Assembly (NCBI GenBank): GCA_040388415.1
Contig: JAZKBV010000002.1
Span: 136,131-200,130 of the forward strand
Reading direction: 5' to 3'
From: Patescibacteria group bacterium
GTDB taxonomy: Bacteria > Patescibacteriota > Minisyncoccia > Phycocordibacterales > PALSA-1337
Length of the DNA: 64,000 bases
Made by a program: the position numbers and the translations under genes
Notes under the pieces: model-generated
Told to the model about the DNA's origin: nothing
The model's database searches: none
What the model saw: the letters and a program-made list of their open reading frames with translations, nothing else
Shown here: piece after piece, positions 9,274 to 18,222 of the stretch
Layout: every line of letters begins with the position of its first letter
Position numbering within the stretch: the first letter of the stretch is position 1

Positions 9274-10050
9274 ATGAATAACCGTTTGAACAAAAGGCTC
9301 ATCGTCGGCAATTGGAAGATGAATCCGGTCACGCTCGATGAAGCAAAAAAAATCGCTCGTAAGATAAAGAGAGCTGCGGACAGTCTTGTGTCGATTGAAA
9401 CGGTCATTTGTCCGCCGTTTCCGTTTATTATCTCTTGTACTGGCAAAAATGAGAATAAGTTTTTCCATATGGGCGCCCAGTCCACATCGATTGAGATCGA
9501 TCGTGGTCCCTATACCGGTGAAGTGAGCGCAACGATGCTCAAGGAGATTGGAGTGAAATATGTCATCATTGGACATTCAGAGCAACGCGCGCGAGGGGAG
9601 AGTGATTCCATAGTTTCAAAAAAAGTAAAAGCAGTACTTGATGCCGGGCTTTCACCTATTGTTTGTGTCGGCGAGGCGTCTCGCGATGAGGCGGGTGCAT
9701 ATTTAGATATATTGAAAAATCAAATCAAGCAGAGTCTTGCCGACATTCCCGCAAAGTTTGCTAGTGACATCGTCCTTGCCTATGAACCGATTTGGGCTAT
9801 TGGCGCTCAAGAGGCGATGAAAAATGAAGATATCTACGAGTCGTCACTTTTTGTAAAAAAAGTATTTTCTGACATATTTGGTCCAGATGCGGGGGTTAAA
9901 GTTCAGGTACTCTATGGCGGCTCAGTGAACTATCGCAATGCACCTGACATCATCGCTATCGGCAAAGTCGACGGTCTTCTTGTAGGACGCGAGAGTGTCA
10001 ACGCTCCTGGCTTCGTCGAATTACTCAAAGCGGTTGATTTATTGAAATAG
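9274..10050 (+). CDS. tpiA: Triosephosphate isomerase
   Basis: Motifs VGNWKMN, AYEPIWAIG and the GHSERR-like IIGHSEQR. Confidence 0.9.
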   Translation: MNNRLNKRLIVGNWKMNPVTLDEAKKIARKIKRAADSLVSIETVICPPFPFIISCTGKNENKFFHMGAQSTSIEIDRGPYTGEVSATMLKEIGVKYVIIGHSEQRARGESDSIVSKKVKAVLDAGLSPIVCVGEASRDEAGAYLDILKNQIKQSLADIPAKFASDIVLAYEPIWAIGAQEAMKNEDIYESSLFVKKVFSDIFGPDAGVKVQVLYGGSVNYRNAPDIIAIGKVDGLLVGRESVNAPGFVELLKAVDLLK

Positions 10051-10051
10051 T

Positions 10052-11218
10052 ATGAAAACTCTCAACGATATATCTCATCTCTCCGGCGTCAAAGTGCTCG
10101 TCCGCGTCGATTTCAATGTTCCGATCAAAAATGGCATCATCGCCGATGATTATCGTATCCGCAAAGCGCTGCCAACGATAGAGTTTTTACGTTCACAGGG
10201 CGCGCGATTGATCTTGATCAGCCACATAGAAACCGCAGATGGACTCGCTCCAGACCAAAGCGAAGGGCCATCATTGGTTAAAAAGCCAACCCTAGCACCA
10301 GTATCTGCATATTTAGATAAAAAGGATATCCCTGTTATGTTCGTAAAAAACTTATCTGGAGCATTTGTTGCCAGCGAGCAACTCAAAGATGGGGAAGTTA
10401 TTCTGGTTGAAAATATCCGTGAAAATGAAGGTGAAAAAGAAAATGACAAAAAGTTCGCCAAACAACTTGCTACTCTCGCTGATATCTACGTGAACGATGC
10501 ATTTTCAGTTTCACACCGCGAACATGCATCTGTATGTGCCATCACTCATTTTTTGCCAAGCTATGCAGGACTTCAGCTTCAAAAAGAAGTTGAGAATCTC
10601 AGTTCAGCGTTCAATCCAAGCCACCCTTTTCTCTTTATTCTCGGTGGCGCGAAGTTTGATACCAAGCTCCCCTTGATCCATAAGTTTTTACAAACAGCAG
10701 ATACTATATTTATTGGTGGCGCTTTGGCGAATGATGCCCTCAAGGCAAAAGGCTTCAATATAGGCATGTCAAAAGTTTCAAAAGGCGACACGAATGTATC
10801 AAGTATTGTCAGTCAAGCCCAAGTGAGCATACCTGTAGACGTTATTATTCAAGATCATTCGATCAAAGGTGCGAGCGAAGTTGGCAACCTTGATGCGATA
10901 TATGATGCAGGACCAAAGACCATGGTTGAGCTCAAGAAAAAGATTGATGGTGCTTCGTTCATACTTTGGAATGGGCCACTCGGCCTATTTGAAAAGGGTT
11001 TCACTGATTCAACTACTAAACTCGCCGAGATGGTGGCCGAACGAACAACTGCCGGCGCCACATCGATGATCGGGGGAGGTGATACGCTTTCAGCAATATC
11101 AAAGCTCGGCATAGAAGATAAATTCACCTTCGTCTCAACGGGAGGTGGGGCAATGCTTGATTTCTTGGCGCAAGGAACTCTTCCAGGAATTGAGGCCTTG
11201 AATAATAGTAAGATTTAG
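10052..11218 (+). CDS. pgk: Phosphoglycerate kinase
   Basis: VLVRVDFNVP is present, the length (388 aa) fits and the C-terminal GGGA motif is present. It is contiguous with tpiA. Confidence 0.9.
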   Translation: MKTLNDISHLSGVKVLVRVDFNVPIKNGIIADDYRIRKALPTIEFLRSQGARLILISHIETADGLAPDQSEGPSLVKKPTLAPVSAYLDKKDIPVMFVKNLSGAFVASEQLKDGEVILVENIRENEGEKENDKKFAKQLATLADIYVNDAFSVSHREHASVCAITHFLPSYAGLQLQKEVENLSSAFNPSHPFLFILGGAKFDTKLPLIHKFLQTADTIFIGGALANDALKAKGFNIGMSKVSKGDTNVSSIVSQAQVSIPVDVIIQDHSIKGASEVGNLDAIYDAGPKTMVELKKKIDGASFILWNGPLGLFEKGFTDSTTKLAEMVAERTTAGATSMIGGGDTLSAISKLGIEDKFTFVSTGGGAMLDFLAQGTLPGIEALNNSKI

Positions 11219-11226
11219 ATAATAAA

Positions 11227-11258
11227 AAGACGACCACATACGGTCGTCTTTTATTTTA
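11227..11258. terminator. Bidirectional terminator between pgk (+) and the HIT gene (-)
   Basis: AAGACGACC-acata-CGGTCGTCTT is flanked by an A-run and a T-run. Confidence 0.7.
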
Positions 11259-11625
11259 TACAATCTCGAATTTTCTGTGCGTTTCCTTCAAAATCTTTTT
11301 TATCACCTTCTAGCTTTGATTGTGGGAGTATCGAAATATGAGCATGAGGAACCTCGTCGCCTCTCACGCCACTCCAGATAGCTTCTTCATTGAATGCTTT
11401 TTGTTGGGCCTTTGCGATTTTACCAGCAACTTCAAAATATGAACCGAGCATAGGCACATCCCATACCCAACGGTGGTGGTCTTTTGGAATAATGAGCACA
11501 TGTCCAACTGATACAGGGTGAATGTCCATGAATGCCATAAAGTTTTCGTTTTCATAGACGATGTGCGCAGGAATTTCTTTCTTCACTATCTTGCAGAAGA
11601 TGCAGTTGGGGTCGACTTTATTCAT
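11251..11625 (-). CDS. HIT-family (histidine triad) nucleotide hydrolase
   Basis: HPVSVGHVLIIP and HAHISIL carry the His-x-His-x-His triad. Length 124 aa. Confidence 0.85.
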   Translation of the reverse strand: MNKVDPNCIFCKIVKKEIPAHIVYENENFMAFMDIHPVSVGHVLIIPKDHHRWVWDVPMLGSYFEVAGKIAKAQQKAFNEEAIWSGVRGDEVPHAHISILPQSKLEGDKKDFEGNAQKIRDCIK

Positions 11626-11650
11626 GTGATTATTTTAGCATAAGAAAAAG

Positions 11651-11673
11651 ACCAGCATCCAAAAGATGCTGGC
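11651..11673 (-). terminator. Rho-independent terminator for the 11689-12153 gene
   Basis: On the minus strand AGCCAGCATC-tttt-GGATGCTGGT is followed by CTTTTTCTT. Confidence 0.6.
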
Positions 11674-11688
11674 TTTGATGAGATAAGG

Positions 11689-12153
11689 TTAGATTTCAAA
11701 ATCTGGCTCAAGTTCGGTGTTGAGCGCAGCCCCAGCTTCTAACTTGCATTTATTATATAGCGCACGGAACTGACTACTAACCTCCATAAGTATGCTACAC
11801 CTTTTGTCGGCATAACTGACGCTCGAATGATCTTTTTTCCCAAATCGGTGAGATATCTCTCCTGTCGTACCGAGCCGATGAATCCAACAGAGGGACATAC
11901 CAATCATTCGCGCATTGGTGAATTTTTCGTTGCCTCGTTGTCCTGACTCGGTCAGATCTTTGAGGGTAACACGTGAATTTTCCGAGACAATTTTCTGGAT
12001 AATCAGAATCTTGTCACCCATTTTGACTGCGGGTTGAGGCACGATAGCTCCTTCGTAAAGCTGAGCGAGACGCAGTTGATCGACAGCTTTACTCAATTCA
12101 GCAACGATCTTTTCTAGTCGTTTTAAATCTGCAGTTTTATTCGTATTTTTCAA
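11689..12153 (-). CDS. Stand-alone DnaA domain IV (DnaA_C HTH)-like DNA-binding protein
   Basis: The C-terminal half aligns by eye to DnaA domain IV: NARMIGMSLCWIHRLGTTGEISHRFGKKDHSSVSYADKRCS against [39 protein letters not shown]. There is no AAA+ domain. Length 154 aa. Confidence 0.5.
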   Translation of the reverse strand: MKNTNKTADLKRLEKIVAELSKAVDQLRLAQLYEGAIVPQPAVKMGDKILIIQKIVSENSRVTLKDLTESGQRGNEKFTNARMIGMSLCWIHRLGTTGEISHRFGKKDHSSVSYADKRCSILMEVSSQFRALYNKCKLEAGAALNTELEPDFEI

Positions 12154-12215
12154 AGTTTATCCTTGGTTGAATTTTTTATGATGATATAACATTTTAGACA
12201 TAGTGTCAAATAAAA

Positions 12216-12240
12216 ACACCCCTCAAATGAAGGGTGGTGT
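12216..12240 (-). terminator. Rho-independent terminator for the 12256-12900 gene
   Basis: On the minus strand ACACCACCCT-tcattt-GAGGGGTGT is followed by TTTTATTTG. Confidence 0.55.
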
Positions 12241-12255
12241 TGTGTGCTCGGGCAA

Positions 12256-12900
12256 CTATTTTTTACCTGATGACTCCATGTCAAAGGCGCTGGCTATGAT
12301 GCGCAATGCCGTATGCGTGCTTTGCATGCACAGAAGCGCATAGGTCAATTCGGGATCGACCAACGCTGTGCGCTCATGCTTGTCCCATGTCGTCTCGTTT
12401 CTGTTTGAAAGATAACGATGCTCATAGAAGGCGACCTCGATCGCCTCCCAGTCGATATTTTTTTCTTTGAGCGGGAACATGACCGCAAGGTGCTGCGTGA
12501 CTTCGGGCGTCGCCGGTCCGCCAATGACGGATTCCATCCGGAATTTTTCTGGTGCCGCTTTTTTCACCATGAACTGCTGAGCGATGCTCACGATGGCACG
12601 AGCATTGGGACCCTTGGGATTGATGAAGTGATGCAGTTCTTCGATCTTGTCTTCTTTTTCCACAAAGATATTGATGTATTCGCGGATATGCCGATCAGTG
12701 CACAATGTGCGCATGACCGTTGTCGCTTGCGCAGTAAAGACTTTGTTGTTTGCGGCAAAGTGCGTTGCGGCATTTGCAGACAGGCTTGTTCTGGCAAGTT
12801 TGAGGGTATTATCAGCCTCCTCCAATGCTTTAAGCAATGCCTTTTGTTCGATATGCTCGGATAAAACCGGGCTCAGTGGGCTTCCACCGTCGTCTTTCAT
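12256..12900 (-). CDS. Hypothetical protein (214 aa)
   Basis: Long ORF with its own terminator and no recognised motif. Confidence 0.4.
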   Translation of the reverse strand: MKDDGGSPLSPVLSEHIEQKALLKALEEADNTLKLARTSLSANAATHFAANNKVFTAQATTVMRTLCTDRHIREYINIFVEKEDKIEELHHFINPKGPNARAIVSIAQQFMVKKAAPEKFRMESVIGGPATPEVTQHLAVMFPLKEKNIDWEAIEVAFYEHRYLSNRNETTWDKHERTALVDPELTYALLCMQSTHTALRIIASAFDMESSGKK

Positions 12901-13001
12901 GATGTTCCTTTCAATGTTGAGGGTTAATCTATAGCATTTGTACTCTCTTTATATCTATCAGTCAATACGGTCAAAAAATATCGCATGCTATACTTTTTTC
13001 T

Positions 13002-14765
13002 ATGCCGTACGCTATCCGACGAAGTATTTCCAATGATGAGCAGTCAAAGCTCGCTTCATTTTCGCCCGTACTCTCGCATCTCCTGTTTCATCGTGGTTTT
13101 GTCGATACTGATAGTGCGCAGGCTTTCATCTCTCCTGATTATGATCTGCATACGCATGATCCATTCTTATTGAAAGATGCAGAGAAAGCCGCCGAAAGAA
13201 TCGTTAAAGCAATTCAAAGTGACGAACGCATCGCAATTTATTCCGACTATGATGCTGACGGCATCCCTGGCGCAGTCATATGGAATGATTTTTTTACGCG
13301 CATCGGGTACAAGAATTTTTCGATATATATTCCGCATCGTCACAACGAAGGCTTTGGTCTCAATCTTGAAGCGATCGAACAGCTCGCGGGTGAAGGGGTG
13401 AAATTACTCATCACGCTTGATTGCGGCATCACCGATGTGAAACCTGTCGCATTGGCAGTGGAGAAGGGGATGGAAGTGATCATCACCGATCATCATGAAC
13501 CGCCAGCAGTTTTGCCACCAGCTTTTGCGATCATCGACCATAAGCAAAGCGATTGTATATATCCGGATAAAAATCTCTGCGGATCGGGGGTCGCATATAA
13601 GTTGATTCAAGCTGTTCTCAAGAAAGAACGTTTTGGACTTAAAGAAGGCGTCGAAAAATGGTTGCTCGATATGGTTGGTATCGCCACGCTCTCTGACATG
13701 GTTTCGCTCAAAGGTGAGAATAGAGTTTTTGCATACTATGGATTGAATGTGTTGCGCCAAAGTCCACGCAAAGGCCTGGTGCGCCTTTTAGAAAAATTAA
13801 AGATCCCACAGAAGCATCTCACTGAAGATGATATCGGTTTTATGATCACTCCGCGAATCAATGCAGCGTCGCGCATGGGTTTGCCGATGGATGCGTTTAG
13901 TTTGCTTTCTGCACAGACCGATGAAGATGCGCGAACGTATGCAGATCATTTGGATACGATTAATAATGAACGTAAAGGCGTCGTCGCTGCACTTTCAAAA
14001 GAGGTGAAGAAAATATTGCATGAACGCTATGGTGCAGATGAATCTCTCTTGCCGGGAGCGATCGTCCTCGGTAATCCTGAGTGGCGACCCTCGCTGTTGG
14101 GACTCGTGGCGAACACTTGCGCGGAGCAACTCAGACGTCCCGTTTTTTTGTGGGGTCGTGATGGTGATGGAGGCATCAAAGGATCATGTCGTTCTGAAGG
14201 TGTGTCGAGCGTCGTTGAGATCATGCGCGGTGTGCCGTCAGATGTGTTCATTAAATATGGAGGACATAAGCATTCGGGTGGGTTTGAAGTCAGTCATGAA
14301 CAGGTTCATTTTTTGGATGAACATTTGAATGAAGCACAGAAAAAGATACAAGATACAAAAACTAAGATACAAGAAACAAGTCACGAGCTACATGTAGCGA
14401 GTGATTCCAGTAATGATGACGTCATTGATATGGAGCTTTCGATCGATGAAGTAAATTGGACTTTATATAACGACATTGCCAAGCTCGCGCCTTTTGGTAT
14501 GGATAATCCAAAGCCGGTTTTTCTTTTTAAAAAAGTCGCGCCTGTCGCGCTCAAAATATTTGGTAAAACAAAGGAGCATGTCGAAGTTAGTTTTGCGAAA
14601 TCAAATGGTCAGAAGATTCCCGCTATCTCTTTCTTTGGCGCCAATGAGCAATGGGTAAAAGATTTTGTGCCAGGTAAGCCGGTTGATCTCGTCGCCTCTA
14701 TCGAGAAGTCTCTGTTCGCAGGGAGGACCGAGTTGCGGTTGAGGATTGTTGATATGTTAAAATAA
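13002..14765 (+). CDS. recJ: Single-stranded-DNA-specific exonuclease RecJ (DHH/DHHA1)
   Basis: DHH family motifs are present (DYDADGI, ITLDCGI, ITDHHEP) and the C-terminal DHHA1 motif GGHKHSGGFE. Length 587 aa. Confidence 0.9.
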   Translation: MPYAIRRSISNDEQSKLASFSPVLSHLLFHRGFVDTDSAQAFISPDYDLHTHDPFLLKDAEKAAERIVKAIQSDERIAIYSDYDADGIPGAVIWNDFFTRIGYKNFSIYIPHRHNEGFGLNLEAIEQLAGEGVKLLITLDCGITDVKPVALAVEKGMEVIITDHHEPPAVLPPAFAIIDHKQSDCIYPDKNLCGSGVAYKLIQAVLKKERFGLKEGVEKWLLDMVGIATLSDMVSLKGENRVFAYYGLNVLRQSPRKGLVRLLEKLKIPQKHLTEDDIGFMITPRINAASRMGLPMDAFSLLSAQTDEDARTYADHLDTINNERKGVVAALSKEVKKILHERYGADESLLPGAIVLGNPEWRPSLLGLVANTCAEQLRRPVFLWGRDGDGGIKGSCRSEGVSSVVEIMRGVPSDVFIKYGGHKHSGGFEVSHEQVHFLDEHLNEAQKKIQDTKTKIQETSHELHVASDSSNDDVIDMELSIDEVNWTLYNDIAKLAPFGMDNPKPVFLFKKVAPVALKIFGKTKEHVEVSFAKSNGQKIPAISFFGANEQWVKDFVPGKPVDLVASIEKSLFAGRTELRLRIVDMLK

Positions 14766-14784
14766 TATTCATCAACTAACATAT

Positions 14785-15504
14785 ATGAATAACACTGAAA
14801 CAAACATAACGATCTTCACTGACGGCTCGTCGAGAGGTAACCCTGGTCCGGGAGGATGGGGCTCAGTCGTCGTAGCAGGCGATCACGTCACTGAACTCGG
14901 TGGAGGAGATAAACATACAACGAACAACAGGATGGAACTCACTGCATGTATCGAAGGTATATCGCATACGCCAAAAGGTTCACACATTTTACTGAACACT
15001 GATTCGTCATATGTCATCAATGGCATCACCAAATGGATACATGGCTGGAAGAAAAATAACTGGATTACAAAAGCAAAAGAAGATGTTCTCAACAAAGATT
15101 TGTGGATGAAGTTGGATGCATGTGTGGCTGACAAGAAAGTCGAATGGAAATATGTCGGCGGGCATATCGGCATTCTCGGCAATGAGCGTTGCGATCATAT
15201 CGCTACTGCATGTGCTGATGGACGGACAATAAGTCTCTATAAAGGCGCACTCTCGCAATATGACCTTCCAGATATCTTGAACGTTTCACATAATGAAGCT
15301 GATTTAAAAAAGAAAAAATCGAGCTCATCAAAATCAAACGCAAAAGCGTATTCATATATCAGTATGGTTGGCGGAGTCATCGAAACTCACAAGACATGGG
15401 CGGAATGTGAAAAGAGAGTGAAGGGCATGAAGGGAACGCGATATAAAAAATCAATCAGTAGAGAAAACGAAGAAAACATCATTCGTGAATTTGGCGCGTA
15501 CTAA
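14785..15504 (+). CDS. rnhA: Ribonuclease HI with a C-terminal hybrid-binding (Cauli_VI-like) domain
   Basis: RNase H catalytic motifs are present (IFTDGSSRGNPGPGGWG, ELTA, NTDSSYVINGITKWIHGWKKNNW, D in CDHI). The C-terminal 60 aa (YSYISMVGGVIETHKTWAECEKRVKGMKGTRYKKSISRENEE) resembles the RNase H1 HBD. Confidence 0.85.
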   Translation: MNNTETNITIFTDGSSRGNPGPGGWGSVVVAGDHVTELGGGDKHTTNNRMELTACIEGISHTPKGSHILLNTDSSYVINGITKWIHGWKKNNWITKAKEDVLNKDLWMKLDACVADKKVEWKYVGGHIGILGNERCDHIATACADGRTISLYKGALSQYDLPDILNVSHNEADLKKKKSSSSKSNAKAYSYISMVGGVIETHKTWAECEKRVKGMKGTRYKKSISRENEENIIREFGAY

Positions 15505-15534
15505 AATCTTTATCATTTTTTGAGTAGAACTTTA

Positions 15535-15576
15535 TTATTTCTTGAGAAGTTTTTGATTAGAAATTTATCTTGACTT
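15535..15576 (+). promoter_or_regulatory. Conserved upstream element, copy 1 (TTCTTGAGAAGTTTTTGATTAGAAATTTATCTTGAC), 20 nt upstream of the comEC-N ATG
   Basis: It is near-identical to the element at 18185-18222. It contains direct repeats of TCTTGA about 28 nt apart. Confidence 0.5.
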
Positions 15577-15592
15577 GGTAGGATGACTCTCG

Positions 15593-16984
15593 ATGAATCG
15601 AAGGGTCATTTTATTTTGGATGATTATCATTGGTGGTGCGACAGTTCGCATCATCACGTCTTTGAGCGTACCTGTGCCTGATATGGGAAATTGTGTGAAG
15701 CACGAAGTCCAAGGTCAAGGAACCATTACAACGGACCCATCATTTGCTGAGAGTGGTCAGGTGCTCGTCGTTGATGTAAAGCATATTTCACAAAAAGGAG
15801 CTGCTGAAAAAGAGTGTTCCCCGGATACTACTATCCGTATGAAGACGAAGTTGTATCCGCGATATCATTATGGAGATGAAGTCATTTTTTCTGGAAAATT
15901 ATCAGCACCATTTAATTTTAAAAGCGATACTGGTCGAGCATTCGACTACAAAGGCTATTTGGCAAAAGATGATATTTTTTATGAGATCAAAAGCGCGCAG
16001 GTCACAGGTGATACGGCTACCACAAATGCCACGAATGGGCATACGAATACCACAAATATATCGCAATGGATCACTTCAACTCTGTACAAGATTAAAAGAG
16101 GATTTGTGAATAATTTAAATCTGACTCTTGGTGAACCACATTCTGCTCTTGCTGCAGGACTAGTGGTCGGTGAGAAAAGTGCGCTCGGAAAAGATCTGCT
16201 CAATGATTTCAGAATAGTCGGACTTATTCATATCGTTGTCCTCTCTGGATTCAATATCACTATTGTTGCAGACGCCATGCGGAGGATGCTTTCTCGATTG
16301 CCCAGAGTGTGGGGAATAGTTATTGGTGGCATCGGGATGATTTTATTTGGTGTGCTCGTAGGGGGAGGTGCAACAGTGGTTCGTTCTTGTTTTATGGCAA
16401 GCGTGTCGCTCATCGCGCAGATCATCCGTCGCGATTATCACGTTGCACGCGCATTGATTTTTGCTGGTTGTCTCATGCTCATTCAGAATCCGCTTATTTT
16501 GCTTCATGATCCCTCATTTCAACTTTCATTCTTGGCGACGCTCGGTCTTATACTGCTCGCTACTCCAATGGAAAAATTCTTTTATTTTATTCCAGAAAAG
16601 TTCGGCATGCGCGGTATCTTCGCTGCGACATTCGCCACTCAAATATTTGTATCACCCTTCATTCTCTATATGATGGGGCAGATTTCTGTCATCGGCGTTG
16701 TCGCTAATATTCTGGTACTTCCTTTGATACCACTCACCATGCTCGTCGTGTTTCTTACTGGTTCGATCGGTCTGGTCTCAACGGCCGTTTCACAGATCTT
16801 TGGTTGGTGCGCGCATCTACTGCTCACTTATGAATTGCTCATCGTTGAGAGTTTCGCTCGAGTGCCATATGCGTCGCTGACATTCCCGCAGTTTTCAGGT
16901 TGGTGGGTCGTGGGGTTTTATGTGGTGTTTTTCAGTATCTATGGTGTATCTCTCAAATACATACGAAAGAATAATGGCTATTGA
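15593..16984 (+). CDS. comEC: ComEC/Rec2 DNA-uptake channel, N-terminal and competence-domain part (no MBL domain)
   Basis: The competence domain signature ALAAGLVVGEKSALGKDLLNDFRIVGLIHIVVLSGFNITIV is present, with multiple TM helices. Length 463 aa. Confidence 0.8.
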   Translation: MNRRVILFWMIIIGGATVRIITSLSVPVPDMGNCVKHEVQGQGTITTDPSFAESGQVLVVDVKHISQKGAAEKECSPDTTIRMKTKLYPRYHYGDEVIFSGKLSAPFNFKSDTGRAFDYKGYLAKDDIFYEIKSAQVTGDTATTNATNGHTNTTNISQWITSTLYKIKRGFVNNLNLTLGEPHSALAAGLVVGEKSALGKDLLNDFRIVGLIHIVVLSGFNITIVADAMRRMLSRLPRVWGIVIGGIGMILFGVLVGGGATVVRSCFMASVSLIAQIIRRDYHVARALIFAGCLMLIQNPLILLHDPSFQLSFLATLGLILLATPMEKFFYFIPEKFGMRGIFAATFATQIFVSPFILYMMGQISVIGVVANILVLPLIPLTMLVVFLTGSIGLVSTAVSQIFGWCAHLLLTYELLIVESFARVPYASLTFPQFSGWWVVGFYVVFFSIYGVSLKYIRKNNGY

Positions 16985-17045
16985 CGGCCAGGCATATATG
17001 AGCTACTTTTCAATAAAAGAACCAAACAACCGAATAGGATATATT

Positions 17046-17471
17046 ATGGAATTAATCGAAACCCCTCCGGTAGGTGGAGCTAGCCCGGCAGATTTGATTG
17101 CTAAGGAGCGTCAGTTGATTGATGCGATTGACGGACAAATAGCTGGCCTCCTCTGCAAAAGATACGGATGTGTCATTCGGGTCGGCGATATCAAGAAAAA
17201 GCATAGCCTGAATGTTTTTGATTCGACACGTGAAGCGGGTCAGATGGCTGCATTGATGAAAATCGCCCGCGAGCACGGTGTTCCAGCGAGCGTCGTCATT
17301 TTTCCATTCAGGATGATCATTAAAATATCACGCGCCTGCCAAGGCGAGAAGAAGGGTGGACGTATCGTCTCTCGTCATTGTCAGCTGTGCAGTTGGAAGA
17401 CGGCAGGTATCGATGATCCTAGCGGTAGCGATATTAGAGTCTGTCCCGTGTGTCGTATGCCACTCCTTTAA
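17046..17471 (+). CDS. AroQ-type chorismate mutase-like domain fused to a C-terminal CxxC...CxxC zinc ribbon
   Basis: LIAKERQLIDAIDGQIAGLLCKRYGCVIRVGDIKKKHSLNVFDSTREAGQM matches the CM_2 consensus (R..ID.ID..L..LL..R......VG..K.......V.D..RE). The C-terminus carries HCQLC...CPVC. The ORF-track frame starts at 16920 and overlaps comEC. Alternative starts are at 16998 and 17046. Confidence 0.5.
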   Translation: MELIETPPVGGASPADLIAKERQLIDAIDGQIAGLLCKRYGCVIRVGDIKKKHSLNVFDSTREAGQMAALMKIAREHGVPASVVIFPFRMIIKISRACQGEKKGGRIVSRHCQLCSWKTAGIDDPSGSDIRVCPVCRMPLL

Positions 17472-17493
17472 TTGTTCTTCAGTCAATAAAAAC

Positions 17494-17528
17494 AAAACCG
17501 CGCGCTCAGTGTCGAGTACGCGGTTTTT
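17494..17528. terminator. Bidirectional terminator between the chorismate mutase-like gene (+) and the superoxide dismutase gene (-)
   Basis: AAAACCGCG...CGCGGTTTT with flanking A-run and T-run. Confidence 0.65.
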
Positions 17529-17553
17529 TATTGTATAGATAATATTAATCAAC

Positions 17554-18138
17554 CTACTTCTTCGCCCTCTTAAAGTTCTCTTCAATAACCTCCCAGTTCA
17601 AATTAGCAAAATAATCCTCGACATACTGCTTCTTTCCTGATGGCTGATAGTCTGCCACATATGAGTGCTCCCACATATCGATGGCAAGGATCATGTCACA
17701 GCCATTGAGTTCACCGAGGTGTTGCTCATCTATCCATGAGGCGAGGAGTCTCTGATCTTTTCTGTCATACCACATAACTGCCCAGCCGATACCGCGGGTG
17801 AGCGCAAGAGCTTTGAATCCAGCGAGCCATGTGTCGAATGATCCGCAGGTGTCTACGATTTCTTTTTTGAAAGCGCCGTCATCTGCAAGCGGAGTAGCGC
17901 CGCCCTCGAGAGATGAGAAATATATTTCGTGGTTGCGCATGCCGTTGTATTCAAAGCTGAAGCGACGACCGAGCTCGCCTATCACATAGGCGTCATCGCT
18001 GTATTTAGCCAGCGACTCCAGGATGCTATTGGCATTTTTGACGTAGCCAACATAGAGCTTGAGATGCTCCTCGATCGTCTTTGCGGTTATGCCCTTGAGC
18101 GCAGGGATGTTGAATGTTTTTGGGGTGAATTGTTTCAT
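17554..18138 (-). CDS. sodA: Fe/Mn superoxide dismutase
   Basis: The Fe/Mn SOD signature DMWEHSYV is present with N-terminal His ligands. Length 194 aa. Confidence 0.9.
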   Translation of the reverse strand: MKQFTPKTFNIPALKGITAKTIEEHLKLYVGYVKNANSILESLAKYSDDAYVIGELGRRFSFEYNGMRNHEIYFSSLEGGATPLADDGAFKKEIVDTCGSFDTWLAGFKALALTRGIGWAVMWYDRKDQRLLASWIDEQHLGELNGCDMILAIDMWEHSYVADYQPSGKKQYVEDYFANLNWEVIEENFKRAKK

Positions 18139-18184
18139 ATGATTTAGTTATTGCTAGTAAGTTCAGTTTACCATTTTTCATCGT

Positions 18185-18222
18185 TCCTTGAGAACTTTTT
18201 GATCAGTTCTTTATCTTGAAAA
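18185..18222 (+). promoter_or_regulatory. Conserved upstream element, copy 2 (TCCTTGAGAACTTTTTGATCAGTTCTTTATCTTGAA)
   Basis: It matches the element at 15535-15576 at 27/36 positions, including both TCTTGA-like repeats. It lies at the same distance from the probable GTG start at 18237. Confidence 0.5.

Noticed and set aside
12418-12934. 148 aa and 95 aa + strand ORFs antisense to the 12256-12900 gene
   Set aside because: They lie entirely within a longer minus-strand ORF that has its own terminator and promoter context, and they have no motifs. They are likely spurious.
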